A DNA stretch of 32,325 nucleotides, taken from contig CAZSWP010000042.1 of NCBI GenBank assembly GCA_964610875.1, forward strand, positions 1 to 32,325. Reading direction: 5' to 3'. How positions within the stretch are numbered: position 1 is the stretch's first letter; every line of letters begins with the position of its first letter. Under the pieces are notes generated by a model. That model did not search any database. It was not told the origin of the DNA and saw only the letters and a program-made list of their open reading frames with translations. Shown in pieces: positions 29,301-32,325 of this stretch. The translations under genes and the position numbers were made by a program. Origin of the DNA: an uncultured archaeon (GTDB taxonomy: Archaea; Asgardarchaeota; Thorarchaeia; Thorarchaeales; Thorarchaeaceae).

Positions 29301-29783
29301 CATAAATTTAGAATGAAAGATTGTAGGATCAGATTCATGCCATATTCCATCTCTTAAATATCGGTCATATTTTGTTCTCGGTGTGACTAAACGCACATGT
29401 AATCCACGTTGATTGATCATTTCTTTGATCGTAGGTATAAGAGTGTCATCTTCATCAAGTAATTTTCTTAGCTCGTCGATATAGCCGACCATCGCCTTGG
29501 CAACACTATTTCTAATTGCAGACCTGATCCGTAAGTCAGTGCTAAGTGCTGGAGCAAGATCAAAACGTTCATGATAACCAATAATTAGTCTGACTTTCCC
29601 TCCTCTTTTCCACATTCTAGCGAAATCACGTAATAGAAAGACCAAAGATTTTGGATCATAGAATGAAGCAACTCTATCATATTGGTATGCTTTCTCAAAT
29701 TGGTTTTTCAGTAATTTGTCATATATTTCATGACCAAGACCACTAACAGCCCGAATGGAGGGTGGGAAGGACAGCCTATTCAC
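26349..29783 (-). CDS. PLD-like nuclease domain fused to SNF2/RapA-type helicase
   Basis: N-terminal YDRVASFY, VRLIIG, HSK and SMNE..G..NNIE, F..LW (PLD-nuclease fold). Helicase motifs LADEVGLGKT, PASL..QW..E, DEAHH, LTATP, LVFS.FTDT, SDAASEGLNL, PWNPARL.QR.GRVDR.GQ. Confidence 0.92.
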   Translation of the reverse strand: MNRLSFPPSIRAVSGLGHEIYDKLLKNQFEKAYQYDRVASFYDPKSLVFLLRDFARMWKRGGKVRLIIGYHERFDLAPALSTDLRIRSAIRNSVAKAMVGYIDELRKLLDEDDTLIPTIKEMINQRGLHVRLVTPRTKYDRYLRDGIWHESDPTIFHSKFMIFHHHEESTPKYTIMKHMRKILRRLNREYYDSRKEKSARGENFSVVTTSMNESLQGYTNNIEDAVLHRSWVENERDVASYFLTRFNNLWADNCPDVISMPFTDKVAEILEIVDEEKPDDHFSWSNFVELLFKSPIYHGISFPRVSLLSHQLSVYKFALSRWPVRVLLADEVGLGKTIEAGSIVSYLITQCDTKRVMILTPASLMLQWQREMKELFNMEFWIYDSRKKTCISDHKETEVGNTPLNSQARIEKVIVSWHWARMRSVDQIFASGETPDLVIVDEAHHARIHDDGVREYSTKLHQLLMEMKDIVPHILLLTATPFQTCILDYYSLLQILGIPDEFRAKLGEYAEWALGKRLDRLSTWVPLIRDIHNYMLEYNLTSDESIIKELIDKPLLHSSQYEDLIKDMGGLPHEYVIEFHPATFLAARNYRSSLKAIGYHFPKTILESPSIKITTKQASLLADIEEYIHKYLGLPEMGSRSVASLGLMKSIYRQRIVSSISAAYSTLNGRREKLEAIKNSGVFSDLNPEWADDFSLSDYDENEDMDSTQIKIDADLSPVRENALTEFYTLNRLLDDISHYIDGDTIIDPKMIRLKEVVNRHISAGRKVLVFSRFTDTTEAVVKTLAEFANTAGLGRFDGSFIGFYEKQDNRLLARSSTRTDIVRGLKSGIINILICSDAASEGLNLHSANVVINIDVPWNPARLLQRFGRVDRLGQKAEEVHLVNLYYPDSIEQRMYEVLEDRRTDFRAVLGEVPEIMSETQKQFISALGTDYDFTPNVTLEEIQKRRRQYQKGKIVGKSVFHKGTLQAKLIYQSLIRTLAKMADESKLEYTLESETKITINGIEVSLDSLDDNFQGFQNKSILEFEIKKHRSSYNASIHMILSNQRYICFAIIPDEDKSIIPLLSKDWIEYFNFCFRGKPVNTQNLERFRSSEHDNLLTHIRTNESWLWPDHRKMRCLSQVIPDCCDYANIEIGKEIGRILIK

Positions 29784-30498
29784 CCTCAGGGATTTCTACG
29801 CATTCGTAATGTTCATAGTCCCCCAGATACTGTTCGATATTGTTGACATCTTCGGGAAACTGATCCCTAAGTTGAGGTGCAACAAATATTCCATATTCGT
29901 TCTCATAATCATAAATAATAGCTCTTTCTAACCACTGTAATTGCTTTTGTGAAGCTTTTCTATATTTCTTGAGATTCATTAGCATACTTCGAAGCCTTGT
30001 AGTGATTGGACCTTTCGCAAACTCTCTATCTTTTAGAAGACCTGCCACTGCAGCCCAATAGTTAGGAGATGTCTGATTAAAGACATCACTGATTGTCATT
30101 CGATATTCAGCACTATCAATGAATTCGAAGATCCTTGTTACTGGAGCTTCATCCTTGAGAAAATCATCAATTATCTTGTATATTGACAATCTAATGCGAG
30201 GATCAATCATCATTAGAATAGATATGATACTTGTATCAAGGTTTCTTTCAGTAAGCAGCATCCTTTCTTCCTCATTGCATAAATATAAACCAAAAAACAT
30301 CCGTATGGTCTGAGGTGTGATGCCAAGTGCTGCAGAGATTGCATGTTCATCAATTGTACCATGATTAATACCAGAAGGATCATAACCAAGTTCTTCGAGG
30401 AGGGATACGAATCGTTTCAGTCTTGATAGCACAGATTCAGCGTCATCAGCCAATTTATATTTATCATACTCATTCTGAACCATTTTCATCAACTCCAT
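29776..30498 (-). CDS. Hypothetical protein with putative HTH and C-terminal S.KQ helical domain
   Basis: Overlaps both neighbours; EHAISAALGITPQTIRMF is HTH-like. The true start may be Met4 or Met6, behind GGAG. Confidence 0.8.
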   Translation of the reverse strand: MELMKMVQNEYDKYKLADDAESVLSRLKRFVSLLEELGYDPSGINHGTIDEHAISAALGITPQTIRMFFGLYLCNEEERMLLTERNLDTSIISILMMIDPRIRLSIYKIIDDFLKDEAPVTRIFEFIDSAEYRMTISDVFNQTSPNYWAAVAGLLKDREFAKGPITTRLRSMLMNLKKYRKASQKQLQWLERAIIYDYENEYGIFVAPQLRDQFPEDVNNIEQYLGDYEHYECVEIPEGE

Positions 30499-32104
30499 AC
30501 AGCATTTGATGCCATCTGTGTCTCAATTTATCAGCTTGTGCAGTATCAAGCGGAGGAGATATTCTATGTACTAGGCAAAAGTATAATGAATCAAGTATTG
30601 CCATATTTCCTATCAAATAAGCTATTTTCTCGGGATCTTTAGACTCTTCTGCATATGCCCACATATTTGATTCTGTATTTACAACAATAGCCAATTCATT
30701 CGATTCATCTCTATAGTTGTAGTCCCAAGGTAGATTTTCATCATATGTTATTGGTTGGTGTGCAAGAGAAATAATGATGTGGCGACCGTCACCCAAGAGA
30801 ACACAGTGACGACCTTCAGTACAAACTGCATCACCGTCGATGTTTTCAGAAATTCGTTCCATTGACTCCTCCTTCATCCGTTTTGCTTTTTGTTTCAGAT
30901 GCTTGGCTTTTGCACCTCCTGCCTTTTTTGCCCTGCCGTAATTTTTAGCATCTTTCATCAAAGCTAGCAATATGGGCCGTAGAGCTTTTTGAACATCAGT
31001 CCAAGATTCCAGTTGTGTATTCCATCCTAGCTTTGTAAAATTGGGTGAGCACATATCAAGGTGAATCTCTCCATGGACTCTCGCATACTCTGGATGTGGG
31101 TTTCTGGGTAATAGTCCACCATCATTATCACGTTTATTAAGAAATGGTTCGACAAGTTGTCCTTTTCTGAATGTATGAAGTCCCCATAGACCTGAACCAG
31201 ATGCACTTTTTGTTCTGATACCAACCCATCCTCTTATCTTTAGGGGAGTCCCTCGTTTGCCATCGCCATAATCAGGACGAACTTGGAGATCAAGAGGATC
31301 TAACGCAACAACAGTATCAGGATCAATTTCAATCTTCTGTGGTTTACATGATTCTAAGATTGTTTCATCTGAACCCCTTGCGTCTATAACAACTATTTCT
31401 ACATCCCCATATTCTAGTTCGGGCGTAAAATTCCTCCCTAATTCAACTCTCCATGTACCCAGATTGTGCTTTTTCTTGTGTAGATCTTCAATCATGATAT
31501 AGGTACCACTTTCCCTGTCTCCTAATGGACCTTCAAGATCATGACTTTGAAAGACCTTACATTTGATTTCGCTAAGTGTTAGATGACCAGATTCAATTTC
31601 CCTAGTGTCAATTACAAGTTCAGTTTCTTTTTGTTCAAACAACGATCTAGTTCTAATTGTAAATTTCCATCCCATGCCCAGAATCCCAACCTTCATACCC
31701 ATCCCAAACATACCTTTCCTAGATCTGAGAGGTATCCTGAGTTCATCACTTGCTGCTCTAAGACGTAAACCTATTTCAACGTCCTTGACAGTCATACCAA
31801 TACCATTATCCGAGATCTCAATTGCTTCGCCTGTGAATCGTATCTCAATCCTTGTTTTGATAGGATTGGATTCTACCAATTTCCCATAGGCTTCAATAAA
31901 CCGATCTCTATTTTCCGGATCTTCTTCTAGTTCTCTTTTTATGGATTCTATTTCAGTTGCATTTAATCTTCGCCAGTCCAACGAATTGGCAACTAGCTCA
32001 GATAAACACTGAACTACACCAATATTTAGTGCGCCGACGCCTCTAGGTGTGAAGATCTTGTCATCCGCAGTTATATCTAAAACATGTTCAGTATAGTCTG
32101 TCAT
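30470..32104 (-). CDS. MORC-type GHKL (HATPase_c) ATPase with S5-like domain
   Basis: N-box ELVANSLD, G1 ISDNGIGM, G2 GMFGMGMK, GT.I.I..L. Second domain GWVG..GLHTFRKGQLV..RVHGEIHLD..K; then a K/A-rich helix and an IVVN-containing C-terminal domain. Confidence 0.88.
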   Translation of the reverse strand: MTDYTEHVLDITADDKIFTPRGVGALNIGVVQCLSELVANSLDWRRLNATEIESIKRELEEDPENRDRFIEAYGKLVESNPIKTRIEIRFTGEAIEISDNGIGMTVKDVEIGLRLRAASDELRIPLRSRKGMFGMGMKVGILGMGWKFTIRTRSLFEQKETELVIDTREIESGHLTLSEIKCKVFQSHDLEGPLGDRESGTYIMIEDLHKKKHNLGTWRVELGRNFTPELEYGDVEIVVIDARGSDETILESCKPQKIEIDPDTVVALDPLDLQVRPDYGDGKRGTPLKIRGWVGIRTKSASGSGLWGLHTFRKGQLVEPFLNKRDNDGGLLPRNPHPEYARVHGEIHLDMCSPNFTKLGWNTQLESWTDVQKALRPILLALMKDAKNYGRAKKAGGAKAKHLKQKAKRMKEESMERISENIDGDAVCTEGRHCVLLGDGRHIIISLAHQPITYDENLPWDYNYRDESNELAIVVNTESNMWAYAEESKDPEKIAYLIGNMAILDSLYFCLVHRISPPLDTAQADKLRHRWHQMLYGVDENGSE

Positions 32105-32149
32105 ATCGTATCACTCTCCCCTGAATTTCACAGGCAACTGAATACTACT

Positions 32150-32170
32150 ATACCGTATTACCTTTTTGGT
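32150..32170 (-). promoter_or_regulatory. Putative archaeal BRE/TATA promoter of the three-gene operon
   Basis: The minus strand reads AAAAAGGTAATACG about 55 bp upstream of the ATG, and GGGGAG..GTGA lies just before the start. Confidence 0.35.
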
Positions 32171-32325
32171 TATTAGTCACATAAATTAGTATGTGCACTT
32201 GGTAGATTTGTAGGTAGCAGTTGTTAGACTCAATTAGATGCGATCATTCTAATCAATTTTTTGCATATCTAATATGATACTGTAAGTGAGTTAATGAAGC
32301 AGTTTAGTTAAAGTCAGTAACAATT

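Noticed and set aside
26349-29783. Housekeeping RapA, or a standard DISARM locus
   Set aside because: The PLD fusion and operon context argue against RapA, and no DrmA, DrmB or methylase genes are present in the window.
224-31889. Numerous antisense or alternate-frame ORFs in the track (e.g. 689..979, 4283..4762, 8485..8937, 21170..21574, 31605..31889)
   Set aside because: They overlap better-supported genes with clear motifs and lack recognisable features.
1-32325. Genome-wide reassignment of TAG to an amino acid
   Set aside because: Many genes end naturally at TAG (e.g. 5961, 7275, 7634, 10107, 13789, 29776), including one coupled to the next gene's start. TAG is therefore normally a stop here.
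1-32325. CRISPR array, tRNA, rRNA, integrase or transposase
   Set aside because: No regularly spaced repeats or recognisable motifs were seen by eye; a small RNA in the 4577-5164 gap cannot be excluded without covariance-model searches.

Overview
A 32.3 kb gene-dense archaeal chromosomal segment, most likely from an Asgard archaeon (Thorarchaeia-like). This is an inference from the Rab-like small GTPase, the NosD/beta-helix surface proteins with 'PxIxxPxDIx(Y/F)xxG' Ig-like repeats, and GGTGA/GGAG-type ribosome-binding sites. Positions 1-26.3 kb hold host genes: a 5'-truncated Rab-like GTPase with a long Ser/Thr linker and C-terminal coiled coil, yjbQ, a C13 peptidase, two ICMT/PEMT-family methyltransferases, an acylphosphatase with an in-frame TAG, a stand-alone Lrp ligand-binding domain, a carboxylesterase, an ABC exporter divergent from a wHTH regulator, two COG1237 metallo-beta-lactamase-fold genes, abgB, two beta-helix surface proteins flanking a tail-to-tail pair of paralogous winged-helix genes, a divergent Hef-like SF2 helicase and an ArsR-led membrane cluster. 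Positions 26.35-32.1 kb hold an AT-richer, translationally coupled three-gene minus-strand operon: MORC-type GHKL ATPase, a small HTH protein, and a PLD-nuclease/SNF2 helicase fusion. It appears to have truncated an LVIVD-repeat gene and is the best candidate for an undescribed defence or chromatin-acting system. No rRNA, tRNA, CRISPR array, integrase or transposase was recognised. All family assignments are from motif reading by eye; no database searches were run.
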